A stretch of 64,000 nt of DNA, taken from positions 26,288,001-26,352,000 of the forward strand of contig CM060731.1 of NCBI GenBank assembly GCA_030704615.1, read 5' to 3'. The DNA comes from Takakia lepidozioides. Taxonomy: Eukaryota; Plantae; Bryophyta. The position numbers and the translations under genes are program-made. Below are positions 36,560 through 49,945 of the stretch, piece by piece. How positions within the stretch are numbered: position 1 is the stretch's first letter; every line of letters begins with the position of its first letter. The notes below the pieces were generated by a model that had not been told where the DNA came from, did not search any database, and saw nothing but the letters and a program-made list of their open reading frames with translations.

Positions 36560-38214
36560 GGGATAGGCCACGCGGCGACAATGGCACATAGAAATCGAAG
36601 GGAGGGCCTTCACACGTCAAAGCGGCACTCGGTGCTCCAAAAGGAAAATCAGGTGCGACGGCTTATGGCGGACAGAAGGCGACTTTCGATGGAGTGTGCT
36701 TTAATTGCGGGGAGCCCGGGCACATGGCCAAGAAGTGTGCAAAACCCCGACAATTGAACATGACTCGGGCGACCACGGAGCTGTCCGAAGATTCTATCAG
36801 CCGCTTGGTGGAAGCGGTGGTTGCCAAGACTTGCAAGGTAGACAACTACTCTTGTGAGTTGTATAAAGAGACTGGCCCTTTGTGTAAAGGGAGTCAGTTA
36901 ATGTTCGCGAGTGGGATAGTTTCCGGAACTAACGTGTCGTTGTTGGTGGACACAAGAGCGTCGCACTCCTTCATAACATCGGCAACGGCACGGAAGCTGG
37001 GGCTCCCGACAAGTGATGTGGGGGCCTCTATTGAAGTGCGTTCTGCCAAAGGAGAACCACAACTGGCGGCGAGGTTGGCGTTCGATGTTCCTCTTCAGCT
37101 GGGGAGTTGGGAGGGACGTGAGAACTTCACCATTTGCGAGATCAATGGAATGGATCTCATTTTGGGGATGACATTTTTGAGCAAATCCGGAGCGGTCATA
37201 GATGGCCGCAAGAGAGTAGTCACGCTACCGTGTGGGGATGGTGGCGAAGTTTTACGGGTGTCGGAAACGCCTAACCGAGTGGGGTGACTTACTCGGCCGG
37301 ATACACCCCTTTGACATTAGATCCTTGAGTTGGGCCTTCAGCTCGACCAACTCTCTGTGGCTCAACCGGTAGGGCGCCTTGGCAGCCTGGGGGGTGCACT
37401 TTTTATAAAATGTGCGTATCACGTGCGTTCGCCGACTAATAAAAAAACCCCCTGTATACGGGTCCTCGGATAATTTATATCCCCTCTGTACATACTTTTT
37501 GAGGATTATAAAACCCTCTCCTGTACATATACAAAAATTTATAATTAAAAAAAAAAACCCCCTCTATATGTATATTCTCCTTTTCAATCATTAAAAAATA
37601 CCCTCAAATATGTGTATGTATGTTTTTATATTATATCAAGTTTATTCATTAAAAAACAGAATAAAATTCAATAAATTAATTAAAAAGATATCTATTTGCC
37701 CTTGATAAGATTGTCAAAGACTTTCCGCTCATTGTAATTGTGTTTTTCTCCAACACCACATATCTTCCATAATACTAATAAGTTGAACCAGCTTATAGAG
37801 TAGTTTTTAAGCTACCTACCATGCTGATTAAATACTAAATAATACGATGGTTTCAGTTCTGAATCAGAATGTATTGTTCAAGACATCTTATCTCCAAGAG
37901 TCTGGGGTTTTCAGATGTATAATGTTATCTTTGGATTAACCACCAAATGGTACAATGTATACTCTTATCTATGGCTGGTGAACAGAACCATGCCAGTATA
38001 TTCTGTATACTTTAATGATAAAGAGCACTAAGAGTATGTGTTGAACTCAAGGCTGGTACAGATGTAAGTTGCTTGGGGAAGTGAAAGCCTAAGTAATAAA
38101 GGGCATTGGGAATTGCAGAGTTCAACATGGAATTTTAGGGCCAATTCTGATAAGAGAGAAGAACAGGGTGAAATGTATCCCTTAGTGATTTTCCTTCCCT
38201 AGATAATTTGGACT

Positions 38215-39700
38215 CTCAGAATGACACAAAGTACAACAATTCCAGCTTTTGACAATGTCACCATGGACCTCTTCCCCCTTTTCCAGGTCTGCCCCACACT
38301 CCCTTTGCATCCTCTACGCACCCGCATTTGGCAGACCTGTCCACCAGGGCACTATTCAGGATGACATAAGGTACAATTCTAGCTTTTGACAATGTCACCG
38401 TGGACCTCTTCCCCCTTTTCCAGGTCTGCCCAACACTCCCTTTGCATCCTCTACGCACCCGCATTTGGCAGACCTGTCCACCAGGGCACTATTCAGAATG
38501 ACATAAGGTACAATTCCAGCTTTTGACAATGTCACCATGGACCTCTTCCCCCATTTCCAGGTCTGCCCAACACTCCCTTGGCATCCTCTACGCACCCGCA
38601 TTTGGCAGACCTGTCCACCAGGGCACTGTTCAGATGACATAATGTACAATTCCAGCTTTTGATAATGTCACCATGGACCTCAGCTTCCCCCTTTCCAGGT
38701 CTGCCCCACACTCCCTTTGCATCCTCTACGCACCCGCATTTGGCAGACCTGTCCACCAGGGCACTATTCAGGATGACATAAGGTACAATTCCAGCTTTTG
38801 ACAATGTCACCGTGGACCTCTTCCCCCTTTTCCAGGTCTGCCCAACACTCCCTTTGCATCCTCTACGCACCCGCATTTGGCAGACCTGTCCACCAGGGCA
38901 CTATTCAGAATGACATAAGGTACAATTCCAGCTTTTGACAATGTCACCATGGACCTCAGCTTCCCCCTTTCCAGGTCTGCCCCACACTCCCTTTGCATCC
39001 TCTACGCACCCGCATTTGGCAGACCTGTCCACCAGGGCACTGTTCAGATGACATAATGTACAATTCCAGCTTTTGATAATGTCACCATGGACCTCAGCTT
39101 CCCCCTTTCCAGGTCTGCCCCACACTCCCTTTGCATCCTCTACGCACCCGCATTTGGCAGACCTGTCCACCAGGGCACTATTCAGATAACATAAGGTACA
39201 ATTCCAGCTTCTGACAATGTCACCATGGCTCTTCCCCATTTTCCAGGTCTGCCCAACACTCCATTTGCATCCTCTACGCACCCGCATTTGGCAGACCTGT
39301 CCACCGTGGCACTATTCAGAATGATATAGGTACAATTCCAGCTTTTGACAGTGTCACCATGGACCTCTTCCCCCTTTTCTAAGTCTGCCCCACACTCCAT
39401 TTGCATCCTCTACGCACCTGCATTCGGCAGACCTGTCCACCAGGGCACTGTTCAGATGACATAAGGTACAATTCCAGCTTTTGACAATGTCACCATGGAC
39501 CTCTTCCCCCTTTTCTAGGTTTTCCCCACACTCCCTTTGCATCCTCTATGCACCCGCATTTGGCAGACCTGTCCACCAGGGGGCACTATTCAGAATGACA
39601 TAAGGTACATTAATTTCAGCTTTTGACAATGTCACCATGCACCTCTTCCCCCTTTTCCATGTCTGCCCAACAGTACTCCATTTGAATGGACTCTATGCAC
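38215..39700 (-). repeat. ~137-bp tandem array (~11 units) derived from PLS-class PPR coding sequence
   Basis: Units start at 38221, 38361, 38498, 38634, 38773, 38910, 39048, 39186, 39321, 39456 and 39595, and read EVHGDIVKAGIVPYVILNSALVDRSAKCGCVEDAKGV with frameshifts. Confidence 0.92.
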
Positions 39701-39819
39701 CAACTTTCTGAATCTTGATGCTGAGCCAAAGCTCAGCCCCTAAATCACCCTCTCTGCACTAGACTTAATTCAAACTCAGGGGGGGAACCCGACCTTTGCT
39801 CCATCACTATGCTCCATGA

Positions 39820-40310
39820 CACCACATTGCATACACAACCCCTTAGCTGCCCATCACTCCCTTTGCATCTTACACATACCCACATTTGACATACATGTCC
39901 GCCAAGGCAGCTTTCATAATGACATCTGATACAATCACTACAGCTTTGACAATGCCACCGTGGACCTCTTCTCCAATCTCCAGGGCTGCCAAGCTTGTAC
40001 ATGTGCTCAGAGGTCTCCAAAGCCTCCCTCCTCTGCCCTTGTAGCGCTTATAGCATGCCACCATCACGCTCTATGACACCACATTCCGTTCAGCCATACT
40101 GCCCAACACCCCCTTTAATGCATCCTTCATGCACCCGCATTTGGCATACATGTCCACCACGGCACTGGTCAGATTGACATCTGATACAATCCCAGCTTTG
40201 ATGATGCCACCATGGACCTCTTCCTCATTTTCCAGGGCTGCCAGGATCGCACATGCATTGCAAAAACAAACGAATGTGACTGGCCTGGGCTGGAAGAATA
40301 CCAAATCATG
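39820..40310 (-). pseudogene. PLS-PPR fragment
   Basis: VTFVCFCNACAILAALENEEEVHGGIIKAGIVSDVNLTSAVVDMYAKCGCMKDA..MAERNVVS, with stops and frameshifts. Confidence 0.85.
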
Positions 40311-41128
40311 GTACTAACAGGAGGCAAGAGCCCGCATTTCCAGGATGGACAAACTTCTTCATATTGTACCTTAAGAAAACGCCACACCTTGCGACTGCAG
40401 TTGTCCCACCATCGTGAAGGATCTTTAAAAAACTTTTGTCAGCTCTGCTCCGTGCTGCAAATTCAGGGCGCCGAGTGTGATGAGAGGGAAAAACAGGCTA
40501 GACTACCCCTTACAATTCAACAACCCCCTCCTGTAACATTATATTTAACGTGTTTTAAATCCCCTATTTATGTATAATGTTGTACATGGGGGGGGTTTAA
40601 AATACCCCCTCCTGTGCACGCACGTGGCTGGTACATATTGGCTGGAGTGCACCCCCCAGGCTTGGCAGGCGGCTCCGATCCCGGTATCACCTCTATCTTG
40701 TGGTTAACTTCTCTTCACGGTGGCAAGCCGCTTGATAAATCCTCCGGCATCACATCCTCGTATTTCTCTAGGATCCCTTTGATCAAATCTGGGCTTGGCT
40801 CCCTATAGACTTCTCATTCCACTTGTCTTACGTAAAGCAAAAACTGGGGTTCGTGTGGCTCTTCCATGGCCTACTCCTTTGCTGTCAGCAGGTTTATTTG
40901 ATTACAGGGCTCTGAATAAGGTGACTATCAAAACTGGTACCCTTTGTCAAGGATCGACGACCTCTTCAATCGGTTGGCAGGAGCAAAGTATTTCAGCCGG
41001 ATCGATTTGCGCTTGGGTTACCATCAAATCCGAGTGGCGGAAGGAGATGAGGAGAAGACCGCGTGCAGGATAAGATATGGTTCATATCAGTTCTTGGTGA
41101 TGCCTTTTGGGCTCACCAATGCACCCGC

Positions 41129-44100
41129 TGTCGTGGCCCTTTGCCTTGAGGGCAGGGGGTCCGGACACAAGAGAGGCTGTCCCTGTGGTGGGGGCAATGG
41201 CAACAATAGGTACGGGGGCTGAAGCACCCTTGAGTGCCCAAGGCACTCAAGGAGGCGGAGGCACTCACTAGGTGGAGCCCCGCACACCGGGTTGCGGTGG
41301 GGGTGGTTCCACAAGGGGTAGTGGTAGGTTAGTGGGTCTTAGTGGGGGTGGCATAGGACTCACCATGGGGTGGAAACCTTGTGGTGGGAGTCGTGGGGAG
41401 TCTTGGGACTCATCACGGCCCAATGGGGCCGTGGTCGGTGTCACCGCGACTCATCACCGGGAGTCGAGGGTTTTCGTGGTGGTTTGCCATAAAAAGATGG
41501 TGTTGTTTGTGAAACCCCCGCGGACAGTCATAGAAGTATATATAGGGATAGAACCCCGAGAATGGTGCAAGCCCGTTGGTGACCAAAAACTAGTGAGTAA
41601 GCGTGCGAGCCGGAAAGCGACCAAGGTCTGGGGAGCTGTTCCGGAGTGCCAACATCCAAAGGGAATTTCCACTAGGCCCAAATTGAGAGAGGGTCTCGTG
41701 GAGGAGTAAAGGAGGACCATTATGTCCCGGTGAGCAGCCAAAGCTCCGAGTTGGCCCGGCGGCCAGTTTGGGAGTTAGTTGCGTGCATCAAAGCGAATAA
41801 CTATGACTTGAAAGGGAGCTTACCGAAGTGAGGTGCGCGACACTTGGTATCAGAGCTTAGAGTTAAGTACGAGATTGTCCTTGAAATTGGCCTCATCATG
41901 GGGTCGGGCAAGCGAAAGCAGAACGACCTGAAAGATGATGATCCTGGTGAGCCCGGTGGGGGCGACGTGTCACCGAAGCGGCAATTGAGGAGGCGATTCA
42001 TGCTTTTGAAAGCGAGGCCGCTCAAGAACGGGATGAATCTGGGGAGTCGGAGCCCGAGGACCTCCTGGAGGCTTCGCCAGACCAACAGCTGTCTCCCATG
42101 CCAGCAGGCTTTTGGGAAGGGTTCTTGGCGCAGTTTGGCAGGACGTTAAAAGACATGTTGAAGGTGGCTAATGCCACTTCCACTAAGGCAAAGTTTAAGG
42201 TGAAGCCTGAGGAACCCGACACCTTTGAGGGCGTCCAAAATCGGAAGGCACTCAACACTTGGCTCTTGGAGCTAGAACAGTACTTCCGGGCGGCCAAGTT
42301 GAGTGACGAGAATCGGGTGGAAGTGGCTCCCACCTATTTAAGGGGCTATGCCCAACAATGGTGGCAGAAACGCCTTCACGACCAAGGTCCAAACCCGGAA
42401 ACGTTGAATTGGAGTGGGTTCAAGGAACTTATGAAAAGACAGTTTGTTCCTCTCAACGCGTCCTGGCTCGCCCGGGACAAGATGAGGAATTTGAAGCAAA
42501 CGGATGACATTCAAGGATTTGTGCTTTCAATGTGTTGTTGCTCGAAGTCGCGGATATGGCGGAACCAGAAATGGTCTTCACCTTTGTGGCGGGACTGGCC
42601 CCATGGACCAAACGGAAGTTGGAGAAGAAGCCACCTAAGACTTTGAACGAGGCAATTGAAAGGGCTGAATGTTTCTTGGATGTCCCTAGGGGCGAAAGAC
42701 AAGGCCGTACGGAGCTGAACCACAAGAAGACCCGGCGGGAGGGTGACTCCTTTCGACCGGAAAAGAAGTGGGATAGGCCTCACGGCGACAATGGCACGTG
42801 AAAATTGAAGGGAGGTCCTTCTCACGTCAAGGCGGCACCCGGTGCTCCGAAAGGAAAATCAGGTGCGGCGGCTTATGGCGGACAGAAGACAACCTTCGAT
42901 GGAGTGTGTTTTAATTGCGGGGAGCCCGGGCACATGGCTAAGAAGTGCACAAAACCCCGACAATTGAACATGACTCGGGTTTCCACGGAGTTGTCCGAAG
43001 AGTCCATCAGCCAATTGGTGGAGGCGGTGGTTGCCAAGACTTGCAAAGTAGGCAACTACTCTTGTGAGTTGTATTAGGAAATTGGCGCATTGCGTAAATG
43101 GATTCAGTTAATATTCGTGGGATAATCTCCGGAACTAACGTGTCATTGTTGGTGGACACAGGAATGTCGCACTCCTTCATGACACCGACAACGGCACGGA
43201 AGCTGGGGCTCCCGACAAGTGATGTGGGGGCCTCCATTGAAGTGCGGCGACAAGGTTGGTGTTCGATGTTCCAATTCAGCTGGGGAGTTGGGAGGGACGT
43301 GAGAACTTCACCATTTGCGAGATTGATGGAGTGGATCTCATTTTGGGGATGACATTTTTGAGCAAGTCCGGAGCGGTCATAGATGGCCGCAAGAGAATAG
43401 TCACGCTACCGTGTGGGAATCATGGTGAAGTTTTACGAGTGTCGGAAACGCCCAACCCAGTGGGAGGGCGAATAAACCTGCTGTCAGTAAAGGAGTGGGT
43501 CGTGGAGGAGCCACACGAGCCCCAATTTTTGCTTTACGTAAAACAAGTGAAGGGAGAAGGCGATAGGGAGCCAAGCCCAGATTGGATCAAGGGGATTTTG
43601 GAGAAATACCAGGATGTGGTGCCGGAGGATTTACCAAGCGGCTTGCCACCGCGAAGAGGAGTTGACCACAAGATTGAGGTGATACAGGGATCAGAGCCGC
43701 TTACCAAGGCGCCCTACCGGTTGAGCCACAGAGAGTTGGTCGAACTGAAGGCTCAGCTTAAGGATCTAATGTCAAAGGGGTACATCCGGCCGAGTACGTC
43801 ACCCTACGGAGCCCCGGTGCTATTCGCAGACAAGATGGATGGGACGCTGCGGATGTGTGTCGATTATAGGGCTCTGAATAAGGTGACTATCAAGAACCGG
43901 TACCATTTCCCAAGGATTGACGACCTTTTCGATCGGTTGGCAGGAGCAAAGTATTTCAGCCGGATCGATTTGCGCTCCAGCTACCATCAAATCCGAGTGG
44001 TGGAAGGAGATGAGAAGAAGACCGCGTGCAGGACAAGATATGGTTCATATGAATTCTTGGTGATGCCTTTTGGGCTCACCAATGCATCCGCGACCTTTAG

Positions 44101-44596
44101 CACGCTAATGAACAGCCTTTTCCAGGAGTGGTTGGATGACTTTGTGATCGTGTACATCGACGACATCTTGGTGTACTCGAAAACAAAGGAAGAGCACCTG
44201 GAGCACCTCAAAAGGGTGTTCCAGAAATTGCGGGAAGGGAAGCTGTATGCCAAAGCTTCAAAGTGCGAATTTGGGGTCACAAAAGTGGAGTTCATAGGGC
44301 ATGTGATTACACAAGATGGGATCAAAATGGATGACAGAAAGGTGAGGACAATCTTGGACTGGGAGCCTCCGACTTCGGTCCCGGGAGTACGATCCTTCCT
44401 AGGACTCGCCTCCTATTATCGAAAGTATGTGAGAAATTTTGCCAAGATCGCGGGGCCGCTGTCAGACCTTCTGTGTAAGTCCAAGGTCTGGGTATGGAAC
44501 ACCTTTTGTGGCCAAGCTTTTGCCGAGTTGAAGCAGCGGATGGCGGAAGTTCCAGTCCTGAAAATCCCAGAGTTCGACCGTCCATTTGAGGTTTAT
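41129..44596 (+). mobile_element. Gy-A element: 5' LTR 41129-41842, tRNA-iMet PBS 41845-41856, gag-PR-RT, truncated in RNase H
   Basis: TG...CA LTR; PBS TGGTATCAGAGC; gag KPEEPDTFEG..WL..LEQYF; LLVDTGMSHSF; [10 protein letters not shown]; YIDDILVYS. Confidence 0.92.
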
Positions 44597-45150
44597 CACT
44601 AGAAGAGAAACCGGCTTTTTCCACGGCTTTTTCCACACTTTTTGCTGTGGGATCAGCCGCAGTCCACACCTGCCGTGGGTGTAAGGAACGACTAGTGCTT
44701 TCGGACACCCCGTGGACGGCTTGGCTCTCGGGTGGCCCTGTGGAAAAGTCCACGGGTGGCTTTTTCCACGGGAGGCTTTTTCCATGGGTGGGATTTTTTC
44801 ACGAGGTGCATGGTGACATGGCCGCTGACATGGCCGATGGCATAGCTGACATGGCAGAGTGTAAAAAAAGGCCAGTGTGGCATGTTTCACGGCGGATTTC
44901 ACACCTTGAACAAGCCACTATGCGACACGTGTCATATTTCACACCTTCGACAAGTCACTATGCAACACGTGTTCGTTCCTGTGTGGTGGTACACATTAAT
45001 TAATTATTATTTGCTTTCCAATATTAAGTTTGAATATTAATGGATTTAATTTATTGTTATTATTATTATTATTATTATAGGAAAAATGGACATTGGCCTG
45101 GATGAGAACATTATTAAATACAAAATATTGAAATTATGTTTTTAGAAATT
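44597..45150 (+). mobile_element. CACTA (En/Spm) element left end; right end not found
   Basis: Starts CACTAGAAGAGAAACCGG exactly where Gy-A homology stops; TTTCCACGG/CCGTGG subterminal repeats followed by an AT-rich tract. Confidence 0.75.
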
Positions 45151-45229
45151 ATATGTATTCGCTCAGATACCAAAACACACCCTTTGCAGGGAAGGAGAGT
45201 TTGCCTTAGTGTCTATGCTGAGTTGCGTC

Positions 45230-47444
45230 TCCTACTCTCTGTAATCTAATAGACATTCACCTTTTTCCCTCGGTTGTCCCACCCTTGACTGCGGTCAGAA
45301 AAACATTCATTCCACAGCTTCTCCTCATCTCTGTTACATGTTTCTGGATACTTTCCTATTGTCACTTTGGTAGTATCATGTCAAAATCACTCCAAACTAT
45401 GTACCATCTACCCAGGCAGGTTTCTTGTAGCTAACCCTCCACAGGGAATCATAAGTAATCTGGAGCTTGAAATCTGGCCCTCTTGGATGACACTCTATCC
45501 CTGCTCCTTCAGCTATCCATGCCTCTGCACAGATCATGCATACATCCTTGCATTGTTGTTAGCAGCTGACAATGGCAGCCTAGATTTGTTCCAGCAAACA
45601 CCCAACTCATCTTATCACACCAGTTCCTATTCTCAATTGCATCTACCACTCTGTAATCCAAAGACATTTACCTTCCAAGACGGTTGTCCCAACATTGACT
45701 GGGGTCAGAAAAATATTCATTCCACAGCTTCTCCTCTCTGTTACCTTTTTCTGGATACTTTCCTATTGTCACTTTGGCAGTATCATGTCAAAGTCACTCC
45801 AAACTATCAAAGGTTCATTCAACCAGCTAACTTGCAGAATTCTTAAAACATGAAAATTTAGGGCGATTCTGATAAGAGGGGAAAACATAGTGAAATGGGT
45901 TGAAGAAGGTGCCTTGATTAGCATTGCCTGATTTTATCAATTGTGCCGCTGCTGCTGTGGCTTCCAGTTGACCATCTACCCATGCAGGTTTCTTGGAGCT
46001 ATTTTTCCACGGGGAATCACCCCTTCCCGCATCATTGCTCATAGGTCTCCAAAGCCTCCATCCGTGCCCTTGCTATGCATATCCTGCAATCATCGCACTC
46101 CACGACACCACATCTCGTTCAACCATATTGTCAAACACTTCCTTTGCATCCTCGATGCACCCACATTTGGCATACATGTAGTCCACCAGGGCAGTGTTCA
46201 GAATGACATTGGGTACAATTCCAGATTTGACGATGTCACCATGGACCTCTTTGCCCTTTTCTAGAGCTCCCAGGCTTGCACATGCATTACAAACAAATGT
46301 GATGTGGTTAGGCTTCACCCCTTCGCACAGCAGTTGCTCATAGGTCTCCAAAGCATTCCTACCACACCCATGTTAAATCCTGCCAACATTATATTCAACG
46401 TGATCAAAGTTCGGTGAGGCATTCCGTTGAACACTCGGTGTGCATTCATGATGCTCCTGCACTTAACATACATGTTCACAAGGGGGCTGAGGAGAAAAAC
46501 ACTTGGTGTGAATCCACTTTGGATAATGTGACTGAAATGCTCCTTGGTTTAAAGGTTGTAGAGCCTCTTTCAGTCTGCCTGCCTCACAAAGCATCTTCAC
46601 ATGCCCAGAAGAGCAAGAAGAGGCATTATGGACTCCATTATGGACTCCCTCTCTTGATCCTCTTTTAGAAGCTGTGGTATGGTTGAGGTGCCTGATTTAA
46701 ATCAAGGCTGCCAGGCCTGCAATGCACACAAACATGATGTGGCCGGGCTGAACCCCTTCCCCCATCATTTGCTCATAGGTCTCCAAAGCCTCCATCCCAC
46801 GTCCCTGCTGTGCATACCTTGCAAGCATCGCACTCCACGACACCACATGTTGTTCAGCCATAGTGTTGAACACTCCCTTTGCATCCTCGATGCACCCACA
46901 TTTTGCATACATGTCCACTAGGGTATTGTTCAAAATGACATTTGGTACAATTCCAGCTCTGAAGGTGTCACCATGGACCTCCATCACCTTTTCCAGAGCT
47001 GCCAGGGCAGTGTATGGAATGACATTAGGTACAATTCCAGCTTTGATGATATCCCCATGCACCTCTTTGCCCTTCTCCAAGGCTGCCAGGCTTGCAATGC
47101 ATACAAACATGATGTGGCCGGGTTGAACCCCTTCCCCCATCATTTGCTCATAGGTTTCCAAAGCCTCCATCCCACGTCCCTGCTATGCATACCCTGCAAG
47201 CATCGCACTCCACGACACCACATCTCGTTCAGCCATAGTGTTGAACACTCCCTTTGCGTCCCCGATGCACCCACATTTTGCATACATATCCACTAGGGTA
47301 TTGCTCAGAATGACATTTGGTACAATTCCAGCTCTGAAGGTGTCACCATGGACCTCCTTCCCCTTTTCCAGAGCTGCTAGGGTAGTGTTTCGAATGACAT
47401 TAGGTACAATTCCAGCTTTGATGATATCCCCATGCACCTCTTTG
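45230..47444 (-). pseudogene. Decayed PLS-PPR repeats followed by OSB-type PDF motifs
   Basis: PPR motifs in 47444-46700 and 46360-46040 (VSWSAMIAGYA, MYAKCGCIEDA). EEKLWNEYFSDPSQCWDNR (~45745-45672), EEKLWNECFSDRSQGWDNRGKK (45326-45261), HPRGPDFK..YDSLW..KKPAWV (~45490-45405). Confidence 0.72.
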
Positions 47445-48070
47445 CAACGACGCAATGGCGTGAGCGTACGCTCACGCAGGAGTGACGTGGCGTGAGCGTA
47501 CGCTCATGCCAGCTGACGTGGCGTGAGCCTACACCCACGCTGATGTGGCGTGAGCGTCATGTCAGCATGCTGATGTGGCGGCAAATGATGACATGGCACT
47601 GTCCGTCATCTGCCACGTCAGCATTAACATGCGCCGCCTATAACCGAGGATGGTCCTATGACCGTGGAATTAATGCAGGGAATCTTGCCTAAATAGAATC
47701 AAGACTACCATGAGGCCTACAATTGTAGCATCCAACATTGTGCAATTACAAATGCTTGTTTCACTTTTACAATTATGAAGACGAGAAAATATCCTCACAA
47801 AGTGTGCGCCATAGAGGCTGCCACGGGAAGACCTTCCTCCCTCCTCAAATAACAATGAGAGTTAGGATCATCTTCAAAAGATGATTGTAGTGCATATCGA
47901 CGGCAAGACATGTAGACTTCGAACGGTGCAATGACAAATGTGCTTTTAAAAGTTGCCACTCAGAGCTCACTCCGTATAGTTGGAGGCCATATCATTGCAC
48001 TGCCGACGAATTGATGTGAATTACACATTTCAAATCATGGTCGTCCACATACCACATTGCATAGTTGATG

Positions 48071-49945
48071 CTACCCATGTGTTGTATCTCGCTGCAATAG
48101 AGTATCAACCTCGTTGAAACTCATAGTGGCCTGGTGAATGAAGTTGTTACGTTTGGGATCGCAAACCATCCTCTTCAAAAATATGAAATACAAATGTTTG
48201 CAGGGTATGAATTTACCTCTCTTGCCCAAACTGGTTGATAGCATATTCACAAAATCAGAACATGTGCAATTGGGGAAATTGAAAACCGTGATGTTGTAGG
48301 TCCTGTCATGAACAGCAGATGTGGAAGTGATGATTGTGAATACCCGACCATATCCTGGATCGGGTACTTCCGTGGTGCTTCCAACACGAGGTTGGAGCAT
48401 TCTTGCGGACTCCACTTTGCCAAAGTGTTCAGCGGTTGGAGGGAAACGCCGAACGAGCTTTCCATCTTGTTTGGTTGGCCACAAGTCAGGATTTGCCGGG
48501 GACCCGAGAGGACGCAAAAGTAGTAGCACATGCATGGAGTTGGGGTTGTCTCGCAAGGGAAAAGCCTGCCTCCTCCAGCATTTCAATCTCCTGAAATCTG
48601 AGATGTGTTCCCACCTTCACGGGCCAAACGGTTGGAGGAGATGGCTTCATCACTACGAAAGGACGCACAGTTCCATGCACATATCTGGCACAATCATTTG
48701 CGCAAAACCAGAACTTGTGGTTCTTGGCTTCTCGTTGACCGTATGGACGCATCAAACCCGTGAAAGTCGGAGCAGGAGTTCGGGCACTACCTCTGGATAT
48801 AGATGAAGTGCACTTCTAGTTGCCCTGATCGTTGTACATTTCACACGAGACCCTACACTTGTGCGTTCTATGTGCCAAACGTGGTCGGGGCATGCAGACT
48901 CAAGCACATCAAGGGGGTTGTTTCTCTCTTGCACCATTTCAGTGGCACTGTTTGATGGTGGAGCTTGCCGTCGTGTTGGAGGTTCCTCCACAATGGAGGT
49001 TCTGGACATGGAGCTGTCATGCAGGGGAACACGAGGCTTTGAGAAGTTATCACGGTCTACCCTGTGCGAATCGGAATCCGAACCAGGTGGAGTGTTCAAT
49101 TTCCTCTTACAGGAGCCGAATCTCTCCTCCCCTTCAAGATGTGGAACTCTAGAAACAATTGGAGTTCCCTGGGCATACATGCTCACCTCCCGTGCTATCT
49201 TGATTGGATCCCCAGATCTGTTTGCAGCACGCAACATCAACTCCCATTTGTCCGGACCCTTGCCACCAACCCCACCTCACAAGAAATCACGGTATCGGGT
49301 TTGTTGTTGCAAGGCACGTATCAAATCATCTGTTGTTGCCACATACAAATCCCGACCTCGTTTCCCAGACTGCTGCAACCATGCGTTGTGCACAATTTCT
49401 GCCAAATTGCAAGATGGCATGTCTGCCATTTCCTCAATGGACATGTTCTGCAAAGTGGAGAACCCCACTTCAAAACAGTGAACAGAAAACAACATAAAGA
49501 AAGTGAGGAGACAATAAAATGGAAAGTAAATGTATGAATAAAACAAGAAATATAAGCCTCGTACCACTGCCATGGCTGCTCCCCTCTGTCTATACCGGAA
49601 GTGCCAAAACGCCAGCCAATCTTCCAATGCTCTCATACTCTCAAGTGATGCAGCTCCAGAAGAGAACCACCAAGCACGAAGTGTCTGGAACAAAGTGTCC
49701 GCCTCCTTCATTGTTCTAGCATCTTTGTACTCTTTGCACAATTTACGGTGCTGAGTCTACATCTCTGGTTTGATGTCCGACTTTGTATGTTTTTCCAGAG
49801 AGTGTGTCCAATGGAATAGACATGTACGCTCTCTTCCTCGCATTGGCACTTTTGGGTCGCCCGATCCGAAGACAATACGAACAGCATTGAAATTTGCTTG
49901 AGCACTATCCGCCATGAAACCTGCGAAATTTGGAGTTGGCAGCCC
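48071..49945 (-). pseudogene. MULE-C transposase, C-terminal half
   Basis: FAGFMADSAQANFNAVR, TCLFHW, SCNLAEIVH, and SWIM CTCSDF..CKH. Confidence 0.87.

Larger units (their letters stand above)
37386..40660. mobile_element. Non-autonomous TIR (Pack-type, hAT-like) element carrying PPR fragments
   Basis: TIR CCTGGGGGGTGCACT / AGTGCACCCCCCAGG; TSD CTTGGCAG at 37378-37385 and 40661-40668 (a 6-bp TSD with a 1-bp longer TIR is also compatible). Removing the element restores the Gy-A sequence. Confidence 0.88.
36560..41128 (+). mobile_element. Gy-A internal fragment (gag knuckle, protease, RT start) with an inverted central segment
   Basis: CFNCGEPGHMAKKC and LLVDTRASHSF. 37283-37385 and 40661-40898 match 43470-43804 in reverse. 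RT resumes at 40900-41128. Confidence 0.85.
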
